Of a stretch of DNA of 64,000 bases, positions 26,201 through 40,700 are shown piece by piece. Under the pieces are notes generated by a model. It ran no database searches and was not told the origin of the DNA. It saw only the letters and a program-made list of their open reading frames with translations. Source of the DNA: Eledone cirrhosa (lineage: Eukaryota); NCBI GenBank assembly GCA_964016885.1, contig OZ024743.1, positions 371,814,001-371,878,000 on the forward strand, in the 5' to 3' direction. The translations under genes were made by a program, and so were the position numbers. How positions within the stretch are numbered: position 1 is the stretch's first letter; every line of letters starts with the position of its first letter.

Positions 26201-29200
26201 TGTTCATCATCTCTAGGTTAACACTGATTGAGTAAATCTATGATCAAAGATGTTCTACTTATGGCCATTCTGTCATTTTTTGTAACATAAATTACATTGT
26301 CTAATGTATCTTTGTTTTAAGAAGTAGGGTATGATTTGAGAGAATTCTGGCTGCTATCTGTAGCAAGTCGAGAAACCGCATAGAAGCTTCCTATTTCCAC
26401 CAATTACAATACAAGATTCTACCATTGAATCTATATCTTGTTTCAGTATTCTTTTACTTATTTTTTGTCATTTGACTGTGGCCTTACTGGGGCCATCTTT
26501 AAGGGATTTCAATATTGAAACTGTATTGCTTGAACTATGAGGACACTTTAAATGTGCATGTGTGTATAACGAGTGTATCTGTGTATACATGAGTATATAT
26601 GTGTATACTTAGGAGTTTAAATATTTATGAGAACAAATACATGGGAACATTGTAGGTGTGTGTGTGTGTGTGTGTGTGCACATGCATGTACATGTATGCA
26701 TATCTGAGTATGTGTGTATCCAGACAAGTGTAGCTACTTTCATAGTAATTCTGATTCACTGAGTGCACGTATGTATATGCAAGTGTATTTATTAGTGTGC
26801 ACATGCATATGCATTAGAGTGTTTTATATTCATAGAGAACATTTTTTTTGTTGGCATCACTTCGTGTCAATTGTGCCCTGAATGCATTTAACATAAAAGC
26901 AACACAGGTGAAAATACAAGGAGATACAGATATATTTAGGGGTTGCACAGTTTGGTGCTTTTTGAATGCTATACCAAAAATATGCAAAAAATTTACTTCA
27001 ACACTTGTTGATTATAGCCAGGCTGCATATTTTATCTGTTCTCCCCTGTGTACATGTAGGACATATTTCTACTGTTTATAGGATCCTAAATGAAAATAAA
27101 ACGAATCATAAACTTAAACTAAGTACCTTAGAAATAATTTTACATCTGTGATTTGTTTTCATTGTTCATACAAAGAAGAAATATTTGATATCACATTGAT
27201 GTGGTGAGCTTTTTGATATTTGTTTTGATAATTCAACAAGATAATGAATTAACAATAAATTTCTAATGCTAGGTTCATTGCATTGTTGGTTCAGTGCTGG
27301 TTTGGTTAGCTAGTAGTAATCACGCTGGTTTTTATCAAGTTCCATCTATTGTTATAAAGTTATGAAATAATTTTTTTGTCCTTTGCTTTTCATTACCTGA
27401 ATGGGTTCCAAAAATGTGAGAAGACAAAAGCTTGTTAAAATAAAATTGATTGATTTTGCTTTTAATCTTTCATAGTGAATAAGAAAATGGAAACCAGAAA
27501 GGCCATTTGGCTGCTTAAGTGAAAGCCTGAGGGGCAGTCACCTCGGACACGTATTGTATAAGGAGTATCAAAGAATGAAAAAAAGAAGAGTCAAGGATGA
27601 CTGGCAAAACAATTGCAAAGTGTGAATCTGGAAAGGGGATCTCAAAGAAATTTTTGACATTGCAAGCCAGGATGTTCTTGAACGAAAGGATGTCCTATCT
27701 GAAGACAAAGCTTTCCTTGAAACTTAGCAGGAAGATTGGATGTTTTCATTGATGGCTGGTGCTGATGCAGAATATGTGAGAGCCATTCAGAAGCAGGAAA
27801 AGAAGATTCATAATATGTAAGTAAGAAAGAGAAAGCAGGATGAAGAAGTCAAGATGTCTGAGAAAGTAGCTCTTGAAAGTTCATCATCCAGCTCAGCTAT
27901 TAATGATGATAATAAAATCTTCAAGTCAGCATTGTCACAAAAATCACAGTGAATAAAGCCAACTCTTGATGCCACTCTTGTTGCCATGTGGGAACAGGAG
28001 AAACTATCGGTATAACAAGCAAGTACTTCTTACATTGCAATTACAAAGAGTTTGGGTCATAATGTGTCTTAACTCTTCTTTCCCCTTCAACTGTTTATCA
28101 AGCAAGAACCAGTCACTGTGTGAAGATAGCTCAGGAAATCGAGTTATTCACTTTCCCACCTGAAGACAGATCCTGGCTAGTCCTCCACTGGGATGGAGAA
28201 TCATTACCATTGGCTTCCCAATCCAGCACACTCAAAGATTAAATTACAGTTTTAATTAAAGGAAAAGGAAAGGAGGAGTTAACTGTTTCAATTGTTAAAG
28301 ATGGAATCGTACAAAAAAAATCACTGAAGTTTGTTTTGAAGGAAATTCTACGACTCAAAATTGAGGATAGAATAATTGATGTCCTTCAACACCACAGCCA
28401 GTAACACCAACATGCATCAAGGAGCCAATATGAAAATTGAGGCAGCACTGAAAAATCCATCTTATGGCTGGCTTGCTGACATCACATTCTTGAACTGGTT
28501 TTGAAGAGAGTCTTTGAGATCTTTTTCCCATCATCTGGTCCCGGTATCCCAATGTTCAAAAAGTTCCAGGAATATTGGAACACTACAGATAAGTCTCATG
28601 ATCAAACTATCCTGGATGATGATGAGCCCATGGAAGATTTTTACATGCAAAAGAGGTAGGAGATAGTTGAATATCTATTGACTGTACTGCTTTCTGGAGA
28701 TTATCCCTAAGAAGACTATGCTAAGTTCATAAAGCTCTATTTTGGTGGTTGACCATCTCTCCAGTTCTCTCTCTCGATCCCAGGAGCTTACCACCAGGCT
28801 CATTTGATGGCTAAGGCCATATATGTCAAAGAACAACTTAAGCTTACACCATATGAGTCAAGAGATCTAGAAAAATCGATTTCCAGTTATAAATTTCATT
28901 CATAAAAAGTGTTCTCTTTAACCCTCAAATTATTGTGTATTTAGAATATCTTACTGCTTATTTTGATTTTATTTGTCTGCTTATTATCATTTCAACAAGT
29001 GCCCCAGAGGACAAAGGGAGCTGTTTCTGGTAATAAATTTCATCCATAAAAAGTGTTTTTCTATTTAACCCCAATATTCCTCCTGCTTATTTTCATTTCA
29101 TCTCATCCTGTCATGTGGTTTCCTCATTGGATTCAGTAAAGTGAACAGAAAAGACAATATACCACAGGCCAGGTTTTAAAAAATCATCATAAATATAATA

Positions 29201-32200
29201 AAAAGATGTGAAAGTGTGCAAGCCCTAAGTATTATTTGATTGATTTATAATTCAGCATACTTCATTATTTCATCAATTTGAACACAGGCGTGATTGACGA
29301 GATGATTGGTGAATATTTTGAAAAATGGAACACCCTAATGTACATGCAAGTATATATGTGCATTAGATGAGTGTACCTACTTTGATAGTAATTCTGATTC
29401 ACTGATCTGAGTACTGTTCATCTGTCCCTGGATATAAGCTGAAGAGTTCTGTAAATATGATTCAATCTGGTGGAGTAATTTTGATGCTTTATTAAACAAC
29501 TCATCTTGAAATGTAATCCCTGCAATTATACAACACAGATTCATTACTGTTTTACTTGGAGACATCAGCTATTCTTTCTCCATAGAAATATTTGTAAGTT
29601 TTCAATATTGATTGTACTCTTATTCTTTTACTTGGTTCATTCGTTAGAATGCAGCCATGCTGGAGCACCACCTTGATTTTAGTCAATTGTATTAATCCCA
29701 GTAGTTGTGTTTTTGAGTCTGGTATTTATTTTATTGATAACTTTTTGCCTAACCGCTAAGTTACAGGACATAAACACAGATGCAGAGACAGACACACAAG
29801 CACACATATATATAATGGGCTTCTGCAGTTTCTGTCTACCAAATTCCACTCACAAGGCATTGGTCAACCCAAACCTACAGTAGAAGATACCTGTCCAAGG
29901 TGCCATGCAGTGGGACTGAACCCAGAACCAACTTGTTACAAAACAAACACCCTAATCTCATTACCATTTTCTACACTGTATAGGTTAGATGGGCTGTCAC
30001 AGAGATTAGACAGGTCAGATGACCACTTCATCATCAACATCATTTTATGTCCATTCTTCCACGCTAGCATGGGTTAGACGGGTTGTCCTGTTGTGGGAAA
30101 TGCCAGGTCAGGTGACCATGTCTTGTGCATACAGAACTGATTCTGGCTTGATTTCTACAGCTGGATGCCCTTCCTAACACCAACCTCGTTTACAGTGAGT
30201 GCTGGGTGCTTTTTTTTACTGTGGCGCCTGCACACCACTTTACAGTGTCGGCTGGGTGATTTTTGTAATGACACCTACATGACCATTTTGCAGAGGGAGG
30301 TGGTGGGGCATACTGTCTATATGCTTCAGCTTTGGCTTGTACTCGTGGGAAGTTGGATCTTCTGTATTACTGCATAACGCCAGAGGTCTCGGTCCTATGT
30401 CATCACCTTTGATAGGTGCAATTGGGCAAGGTTAGCTTGGGTCTCCTCACTCCCAGGCTTCCATGGACTTTTAGTGCTCTGCACCTTTTTATGCAGCTGT
30501 CCTTCATACGCATCACATGTCCATACCAACGCAACCGCCTCTCCTGCACACAGCATTTGATTCCTCTTATGCTTAGTCTCTCTCTCTCAATTCGTTTATG
30601 CTTTGCCGTTCGCGTATATTACTATTACACATCCATCGGAGCATGCAAGCTTTGTTTCTTTCTAATCTACGCAAGTCTTCTAGACACAACATCCAGGTCT
30701 CACTACCATGTAACAAGGCTGTCCGTATGCACACATCATACAGTCTGCCTTTCATTTTGAGGGAAAAGCCTTTTGTAGCCAGCAGTGGCAGTAGGTCCCT
30801 GAACTTCCTCCATCCCATTCTTACTCTGGCTACTGTACTTTCAGAACACCCACCTCCGCTGTTAATTTGGTCACCTAGGTAGCAGAAGCGGTCTACTGTT
30901 TCTACAGAGCCCTCCCAGAGTTTGGTAGTGCTTGTTTTCTGTGGCCATTTGCTGCTTACTGTCCCAGTGCAACTGCTACATGTGAAGCCTATATTCTTAA
31001 CTAAACTTCCTGAGATCCCACTACATCTCTTATGTACCCATAGTTTGCATTTGGGGCAGAGGATGGAATTCCTACCTACACCTTTCCTACATACTGGGCA
31101 AGGCCATTTTCCTGAGGGGATCTGGGTGCTGTTTTCTCGTCTACTTACGAGAACCTTAGTCTTTGTCAGGTAGATTTTGAGACCCCTTCTTTCTAGTCCC
31201 TGCTTCCATGTTTGGAATTTCTTCCCTAGTTCCACCATATTCATACATTTCATTTTGACATGGTTTCTATGATTGAATGCTCTTCTTAGCAGCCACCACT
31301 TTACAGTGTGTACTGGATGCATTTTATTGTGGCACCAGTTTTACTACTTTACAGAGTGGACTGGATGCATTTTATCATGACTCTGGCACTAACATTATTT
31401 TAATGGTGTGGGTGTATTTTATCATGGCATCAGTATTACCACTTAGAGTAGGCTGGGAATATTTTATGACAACAGCCGTACCACATTTTAGAGTAGGCTG
31501 GGTGTATTTTATTGAGGCACCAATCTTAGTGTGATTATATATATATATATATATATAGATAGTGGAGATGCTGGAGAGAAGGCATGTGGATGTGTGCTGC
31601 GTGCAAGAGGTGAGATGGAGAGGTGCCTCTGCAAGACTAATCACAGGCAAACATCTTAGTTATAAGCTTTTCTGGGTGGGTAATGATGATGAGTTAGGTG
31701 GGGTAGGTATTTTACTGTCTGAGAGATGGATCGATATGACAATAGAAGTTATTAGAGTTAGTAATAGAATAATTAAGCTTAGATTAGTTGTAGGCAAGAG
31801 ACTGCTGACAATCATCTCTGCCTATGCTCCCCAGGCAGGCCTAAGTAAAGAAGAGAAACACTGCTTTTACGAGCAACTTTTAGAAACAGCCACAATGACA
31901 GAGGACGGAGACATCGTTAAGCTAGCAGGGGACTACAATGTTCATGTTGGACAGTTCCAGGATGGATATACTGGGGTGCATGGTGATGCAAGTGCACTAA
32001 CCACTTGCAACACTAACTTCCAGAAACCTACCAACCACCTAATAACCTACAAATCAGACGAGCACATAAGCCAGATTGACTTCTTGCTAGTTAGGCAGCG
32101 AGACAGACAGATGGTATCATACCCCAGAGAAGAATGTACCCCACAGCATAGGTTAGTTGTTAGTGACATCTCAGTAAGCAAGAGACAAAATGAGACATAC

Positions 32201-34406
32201 AAGAAGGTCTGGAAGCTAAAAGACCTTTCACTAAAATATGAATTTAGGAAAGCTTTCAAGATGTGTATAATGAAAAAAGAAGATGATTTAGAATCGTATG
32301 ACATAGATGATAACAGGAATTTCTTATGTGACAACTTACTGCAGGCTACTGAAGAAACTTGTGGCAGGAGCAGAGCACCGACCAGACAGAGAGTGACATG
32401 CATGGAACGCTTGGAAAAATGATGGGAGTAGAGATGATATACAACTAGATGTCAGGTGTACTTAGCACACAGGGAGGCTGAGAATAGGAGGATCAGAGAT
32501 GTGCGATGGGAAGACCAGAGACGTGCTGTGTTCCGCATTGCAAGGCAGTGTAAATCGGGATGTTGTTGGAGATAAGTGTATCTGGAATTATGCATGGTGT
32601 ACTTAGTGTCATGAATGATCATAAAAAAGGAGGCCTGGAAATGTCATTATGAAAGACTGATGAATGTGGAGAACGAAATTACCCTCAATAGATCCGACAG
32701 AGGGACCAGCTATTGAGATTGACAAATATAGGGTCCAAGAGTCAATTAAGGAAATGAAAAATGGTAAGGCCGCTAGACCGTCGGGGATAGTTGCTGAGAT
32801 GAAGGCACCAAACTGGTTGCACGCATCATCAATCAGGCTATATATGGTGGTGTCATACCCAAAGACTGGTGCAGCAGCATTCTCATAAATTGCTACAAAG
32901 ATAAAGTAGATGTTCTGGAGAAGAGCAATTATAGGGGCATAAAACTGATGGATCAGGTTATGAAAATGGCAGAAAGAATATTAGCGCAACTAATTAGAGA
33001 AAGGGTCAAATTAGATGAGATGCAGTTTGCTTTTGTGCCTGAGAAAAGTACAACAGCTTCCCTCTTCTTAGTGAGACAACTACAAGAGAGGTTCTTAGAG
33101 AAGAATAAGCCAATATACTTAGCTTTTTTTTACCTAGAGAAGGCCTTTGATAGGGTACCTCAATCTGTCATCTGGTGGTCCCTAAGGAAACTAGGTGTAG
33201 AAGAATGGCTTGTGAGGACAGTGCAAGTTATGTACAGAGGTGCTGTCAGTAAAGTCAGAGTAGGAATGGAGTTTAGTGAGAAATTCCAGATACAAGTATT
33301 TTTGTATAATTCCAGTACATCAGGGTTCAGTCCTCAGCCCGCTCTTCTTTATTATAGTCCTCCAAGCCATAACAGAGGAGTTTAAAACTAGCTGCCCATG
33401 GGAACTTCTCTATGCTGACGATCTGGTTCTTATAGCAGAATTAGTAGGGGTTCTAGAGAATAAATTCTGGCTATGGAAACAGCAGTTGGAATTAAGAGGA
33501 CTGAGAGTGAACCTAGTTAAGACAAAAGTGTTGATGAGTAGAAAAGAGGACAAAACTCTGATTCCATCAGGGAAATGGCCATGTTCGATATGTAGAAAAG
33601 GAACTGGCATAAATTCTATAAAATGTACACAATGCAGATCTTGGGTACGCAAGAGATGTAGTGGGATAGCAGGCAAACTAACAGGTAGGGAAAACTAGAT
33701 ATGCAGTAGATGTACAGAGAAATTTAATAGTAGAAGTCGCAGTGATAGACACATTTTTCAAATGCAGGTGGATTCTATAGAAGTGGTTGATAGCTTCTGG
33801 TACCTAGATGATCAGATTATCATGGGCGGGGTGTGTTCCGAGGCCATAGTATCTAGAATAAGGAAGTTTAGGGAGCTGCTTCCTCTGTTGACAAAGAAGA
33901 GTTTCTCCCTGTGTGAGATGCGCGATGCTGCATGGTAGTGAAACATGGGCAGCAACTACAGAGGATATGCGATGGCTGGAGAGAAATGAAGCAAGCATGC
34001 TCCATTGGATGTGCAATGTCAATGTGCATGAACGACCAAGCATAGATGAGTTGAGAGAGAAACTGTGTATAAGAGGGATAGGCTGTAGTGTGCACGAGAG
34101 AACACTGCATTGGTATGGACATGGAGGATGACCGCTGGGTAAATAAATGCCAAGAAATCCCAGTAGAAGGAAGACTCAGTGGAGGAAGACCACGAAAAAC
34201 ATGGGCGGAGGTGGTGAGAGCAGACCTCAGATCACTGAAGCTCACAGAGGAGATGACGAAGGACCGTGACAAGTGGAGACACGTGCTGAATAGGACCCGT
34301 CCCAACCTTGCAAGCAGGGAAAAGCAGACGTAAAATGATGATGATGATGATATATATAGTTAAATATATGTATATATGTGTGTTAAATATGTGTTGAGTA
34401 TGTGTC

Positions 34407-34440
<34 letters not shown>

Positions 34441-34680
34441 CGTAATTTTTAAATAGATATGTAAATGTATATGTGTATATATTTGCGTGGGATAAAGGTG
34501 TGTTAAGAACCGAGATGAGACTTGAAAAATGGTTTGAGTGAGATGAGTTGCGACAGCATGCAGATAAGTGTTGAATTTTCAATTTCGTATATTTCTTTAG
34601 ATGTTCAGATATATAGATATGTTTGTTTATATATAGTTATATCTATGTATATATGTATGTTAAATGTGTGTTGAACTTAT

Positions 34681-34730
<50 letters not shown>

Positions 34731-37700
34731 TCATCATCATTTTACGTCCGCTTTTCCCTGCTTGCAAGGGTGGGACGGGTCCTATTCAGCAAAGCATCGC
34801 TCCACTTGTCACGGTCCTTCGTCATCTCCACTGTGAGCTTCAGCGATCTGAGGTCTGCTCTCACCATCTCCGCCCATGTTTTTTTGGGTCTACCTCTACC
34901 ACGTCTTCCTTCAACTGGCATTTCCTGGCACTTCTTCACCCATCGGTCATCCACCATGCCCATCACATGTCCATATCATCGCAGTCTTCTCTCCCGCACA
35001 CTACAGCCTATCCCTCTCAGACACAGTTTCTGTCTCAACACATCCATGCTCGGTCGTTCACGCACATTGACATTGCACATCCAACAGAACACGTTTGCCT
35101 CATTTCTCTCCAGCCGTCACATATCCTCTGCAGTTGCTGCCCATGTCTCACTACCATGCAGTATTGCGCTCCTCACACAGGCATCATATAACCGGCCTTT
35201 TGTACGCAGGGAGAAACCCTTCTTCGTCAGCAGAGGAAGCAACTCCCTAAACTTCTTCCAACCCATCCTTATTCTAGATACTATGCCCTCGGAACACCCC
35301 CCCTCCCATAAATGTCTGTATATATAAATAAATGATAATCTGATCTCCTAGGTACCGGAAGCTATCAACCACTTCTATAGCACCCACCTGCATTTGAAAA
35401 ATGTGTCTATCAATGCAACTTCTACTGTCTAATTTCCCTGTACATCTACTACATACGTATTTCTCCCTACCTGTTAGTTTGCCTGCTATCCCACAACATC
35501 TCTTATGTACCCAAGATCTGCATTGTGTGCATTTTATAGAATTTATGCCAGTTCTTTTTCTGCATATCGAACATGGCCATTTCCCTGACGGAATCAGAGT
35601 TTGTCCTCTTTTCTACTCAACACTTTTGTTTTAGCTAGATTCACTCTCAGTCCTCTTGATTCCAACTGCTGTTTCCATAGCCAGAATTTATTATCTAGCT
35701 CCAGTACTGATTCTGCTATAAGAACCAGATCGTCAGTATAGAGCAGTTCCCATGGACAGCCAGTCTTAAACTCCTCTGTTATGGCTTGGAGGACTATAAT
35801 AAACAAGAGCGGGCTGAGGACCGAACACTGATGTACTCCTACTTGTATCTAGAATTCCTCACTAAACTCCATTCCTACCCTCAATTTACTGACAGCACCT
35901 CTGTACAACGTTTGCACTGTTCTCACAAGCCATTCCTCAACACCTAGTTTCCTTAGGGACCACCAGATGACAGATCAGGGTACCCTATCAAAGGCCTTCT
36001 CTAGGTCAACAAAGGCTAAGTATAGTGGCTTATTTTTCTCTAAGAACCTCTCTTGTAATTGTCTCACCAAGAAGAGGGCATCTGTTGTACTCTTCCCAGG
36101 CACAAAACCAAACTGCATCTCATCTAGTTTGACCCTTTCTCTAATTAGTTGTGCTAATATCCTTTCTCCCACTTTCATAACCTGATTCATCAGTTTTATG
36201 CCCTATAATTGCTCCTCTCCAGAGCATCCCTTTCACCTTTGTAGCAATTTATGAGAATGCTGCTGCACCAGTCTTTGGGTATGACACCACCATATATAGC
36301 CTGATTGATGATGCGTGCAACCAGTTTAGTGCCTATCCCCTGATGTCTTCAGCATCTCAGCAACTATTCCCGATGGTCCAGCGGCCTTACCATTTTTCAT
36401 TTCCCTAATCGCCTCTTGGACTCTATATTCGTCAATCTCAATAGCTGGTCCTTCTGTCGGATCTACTAAGGGTAATTTCTCTCTCTCCCATTCGTTCTCC
36501 ACATTCATCAGTCGCTCATAATGACATTTCCAGTCCTTTTTCTGATCATTTATGACACTAAGTACACCGGCATCATTCCGGACACATTTATCTCCAACAA
36601 CATCCTGATTTGCATTGACACACTGCCTTGCAATGTGGAACACTGCACGTCTCTGATCTTCCCATCGCCGAATATTGGCAACCCTCCCTGCGTGCTAAGT
36701 ACACCTGACATTTAGCTTCTCTCTTAGCGGCTGTATATCCTTCTCTACTCCCACCACTTTTCCAAGCCTTCCATGCTAGGATTTTGTCTCTAATGGCCCT
36801 ATCTACCATGCTGTTCCCCCACCAGATCACTCTCTGTCTGGTTGGAATTCTGCTCCAGCCACAAGTTTCATCATTAGCTTGCAGTAAGTTGTCACGTAAG
36901 AAATTCCAGTTATTATCTATGTCATGCGACTCTAAATCGTCTTCTTTTTCATCATACACATCTTGAAAGCTTTCCTAAATTTATATTTTAGTGGAAGGTC
37001 TTTTAGCTTCCAGACCTTTCTTCTCCACACCTTCCTATATGTCTCATTCCATCTCTTGCTTACTGAGATATCACTAACGACTAACCTATGCTGTGGGGTA
37101 CATTCTTCCCCAGGGTATGCCTTGGTATTTGACAGCATCTGCCTGTCCCGCTGCCTAACTAGTAAGGTGTCAATCTGGCTTATGTGCTCACCTGATTTGT
37201 AGGTTATTAGGTAGTTGGCAGGTTTCTGGAAGTTTGTGTTGCAAATGGTCAGTGTAGTTGCATCACAAAATTCAAGAAGTCTCACTCACTCTTCATTTCT
37301 TGAGCCGTAACCCTGCCCACCATGTACCCCAGTGTAACCATCCTGGAGCTCTCCAACATGACTATTGAAGTCCCCTGCTAGCATAACGATGTCTCCGTCC
37401 TCTGTCGTTGCGGCTGTTTGTAAAAGTTGGCCGTAAAAGCAGTCTTTCTCTTCTTTACCTAGGCCTGCTTGGGGAGCATAGGCAGAGATGATTGTCAGTA
37501 TTATCCTGCCTACAACTAATCTAAGCTTAATTATTCTATTATTAACTTGAACTACCTCTATTGTCTTATCGATCCATCTCTCAGCCAGGAAAATGCCTAC
37601 TTCCCCTAACCCATCATCCTTACCTACCCAGAAAAGCTTATAACTACAATGTTTGCCTGCGACTAGTCTCACAGAGGCACCTCTCCATCTCACCTCTTAC

Positions 37701-40700
37701 ACGCAGCACACATCCACATGCCTTCTCTCCAGCATCTCCGCTATCTCACCAGATCTACCTGTGAGAGTGCCAACATTAAGTGTTGCAACTCTGAGATGCG
37801 ACGTCTTCATATTCTTGTTCCTTTTCCTGTAGTGTGATTGCTTGATGACGGTCGGGGAGTTCTCGCACATGACCGCACCAGCCACCCCACTACCATGTGC
37901 AGCTCTAACATGGTTAGTGCTATTGCTGTTTACGTAGTTATTGCGATATATATTTGTTGTTGTGCTCATAATTGTTTTGGCATTAATACACTGGTTGGAT
38001 GCCCTTTCTAACACCAGTGCCACCTTACAACATGGACTGGGTGCTTTTATTCGTGCCACTAGCACTGGAGAGGATATATCACTGGACTCATGGGCCCTCT
38101 CTACCCCTCCATTTTACAGCATGGTCATAACAATAATAACACTATTAATAATTATTAATTAATTCTATCGTGCAATGCCTGTGCGTGAAGAATATTTTTA
38201 AAGAGAGGAAAGACTGTGCACTGAGCCAATCCCACTCTCTGAGCGACAGTAGCTATAACCCGAAAAGAAGAAAAGATCAACATCATCGGTAACTACTGAG
38301 CCGCAGGTTTTATGTAGGAGTTAACCCAGTTTCCTGAGATGCCTTCTCCTAGAAGAATGCCCTGACAAGGGCTAGGGGTCCTTCACTCCCAGAGGTTTAA
38401 CTGCGCTATCGGGTATCCAGCTCGATTATTTCTATGTCCCCGCGCAAAAAAAAAAAAAAAAAATAATAATCACTTATTGACACTCATACGTACGAAACAC
38501 ACACACACAAACACTCACTCACATACCAACACTCATCTATACAAACACACACGCCACTCACACACACACACACACTCACACACCAACACTCATGCATACA
38601 AACACACACACGCCACTCACTTACACGCACACACACAGACACACACATATATTACCGTCATTACTGATACAAGATCATGTCAACTGTTGACTTTCGAAAG
38701 AGTTAGTATAATTAAGTACTGTAGCTAGAGTCAGAACTGGTTGGAAAAAGTTCAGAGAGCTTATACCACTATTAGCTGCTAAAGGGTTCTCACTAAAAAT
38801 GAAAGGCAGGTTGTACGATGCCTGCATACGAACAGCAATGCTGCATGGCAGTGAGACCTGGGCATTGTGTGCAGAGGATATACGCAGACTAGAGAGGAAC
38901 GAAGCTTGCATGCTCCGCTGGATGTGTAACAGTAATATACGTGAACGGCAAAGCATAAACGAACTAAGGAAAAAAATTAGAGATAAGAGGGATCAGATGT
39001 TGTTTACTCGAGAGAAGGCTACGTTGGTATGGACACGTGATGCGCATGAAAGTCGATAGCTGTATAACAAAGTGCAGGGCAATAAAGATAGACGGTAGTC
39101 ACGGAATAGGCAGACCTAGAAAAACCTGGGACGAGCTGATAAACTCCGACATCACACACTTACACCTCTCCAAGACAATGTCACTGGACCGAGACCTTTG
39201 GCGGTACTCAGTAACAGAGAAGACCCGCCTTACCTAAATATATAGTAAAACCTACTCCAGCCAGTAGGCATCTCTAACAAAATACACCCCGTCCCACCAC
39301 CACCACCCCCACCCGATCCACACCACCCCGTTCTATGTAAAGTTATGTTGGTGCCGCGCCATCGAGGCCGAAACAAATGAGATCGTGTAGGTGTCACGAC
39401 AAAAAAACACACAGTCCACGCTGTAATGTGGCCGTGTAGGCAACACGGTAAAAACCTCCCAGACCCACACTGTAAATGTGGTTGGTGTTAGGAAGGGCAT
39501 CCAGCTGTAGAAAACCTGCCAGACAGTCCTATGCGAGCAAGACAATCACTCTTGCCTCAAGTGGGACTACCCCCGTCCAAACCCATGCAAGCGTGGAACA
39601 CGGACGTTAAACGTTGATGATGATGATGATGATGATGAAGCCGTGTGTTACTGTTCAGTACTATTATAATAATTATTTTACAGCATAGAGCTACGGCCCT
39701 CCACACTCTGGGCTCAAATCCCGCCGAGGTCAACCCTGTCCTTTATCCCCACGGAGCCGACAAAACAAGGCACCACCAATGCGCTGGGACAATCGCTGCT
39801 CTGTGCCAAAAACAGAATAATAATTATTATTATAGTTGTTGTTTTCTTAAGGCCTGATCGCTGGTGGTGGTGGTGGTGGTGGATGGTGGCAGTGGATGTT
39901 GTTGTTGTTTGTTGTTCTTCTTGATGTTCATTTCATTCTGATGTTGTTGCTGTTGTAGACGCTGGGTTAAAATTTGGTCGCTTCAACTGAGTGATATATA
40001 TATATATATACACATACATACATATATATATACACACACACATTCAAGTTTGGCAATTGGTGTGGGGAAGAGAAGCCCCCTAAGTCCAGTAAGACAACTT
40101 CCTTAGTGCTGGTCGCACGAATAAAAGCACCCCGTCCATGCTGTAAAATGGAGGTAATGGTAGTAGCATTCAGCCATTAAAAACTATGCCAAAGTATGGG
40201 GCGGAGAGGGCCCCTGTGTCCAATAAGACTAGTGCTGGTGGTACAAATAAACATACCCAGTTCATACTGTAAAGTGGTGCTGGTGATAGGAAGGGCATCC
40301 AACCAGTATATCAATGCCAAAAAATTATGAGCACAACAGACAAGTATTGCAATATCTGCGTAAACAGCAATAACACTAACCATGTTAGGGCTGCAAATGG
40401 TTGGTGCAAGTGCACTAACCATTTGCATCACTAACTTCAAGAAACCTACCAACCAGGTGAGCACATAAGCCAGATTGACTTCTTGCTAGTCAGGCAATGA
40501 GACAGACAGATGGTTTTGAATACTAAGGCATACTCAGGGAAAGAATGTACACCCCAACATAAGTTAGTCGTTAGTGACATCTCAATAAGCAAGAGACAGA
40601 ATTAGACACACAGGAAGGTGTGGAGAAGAAAGGTCTGGAAGCTAAAAGACCTTTCACTAAAATATAAATTTAGGAAAGCCCTTCAAGTTGTGTATGATGA

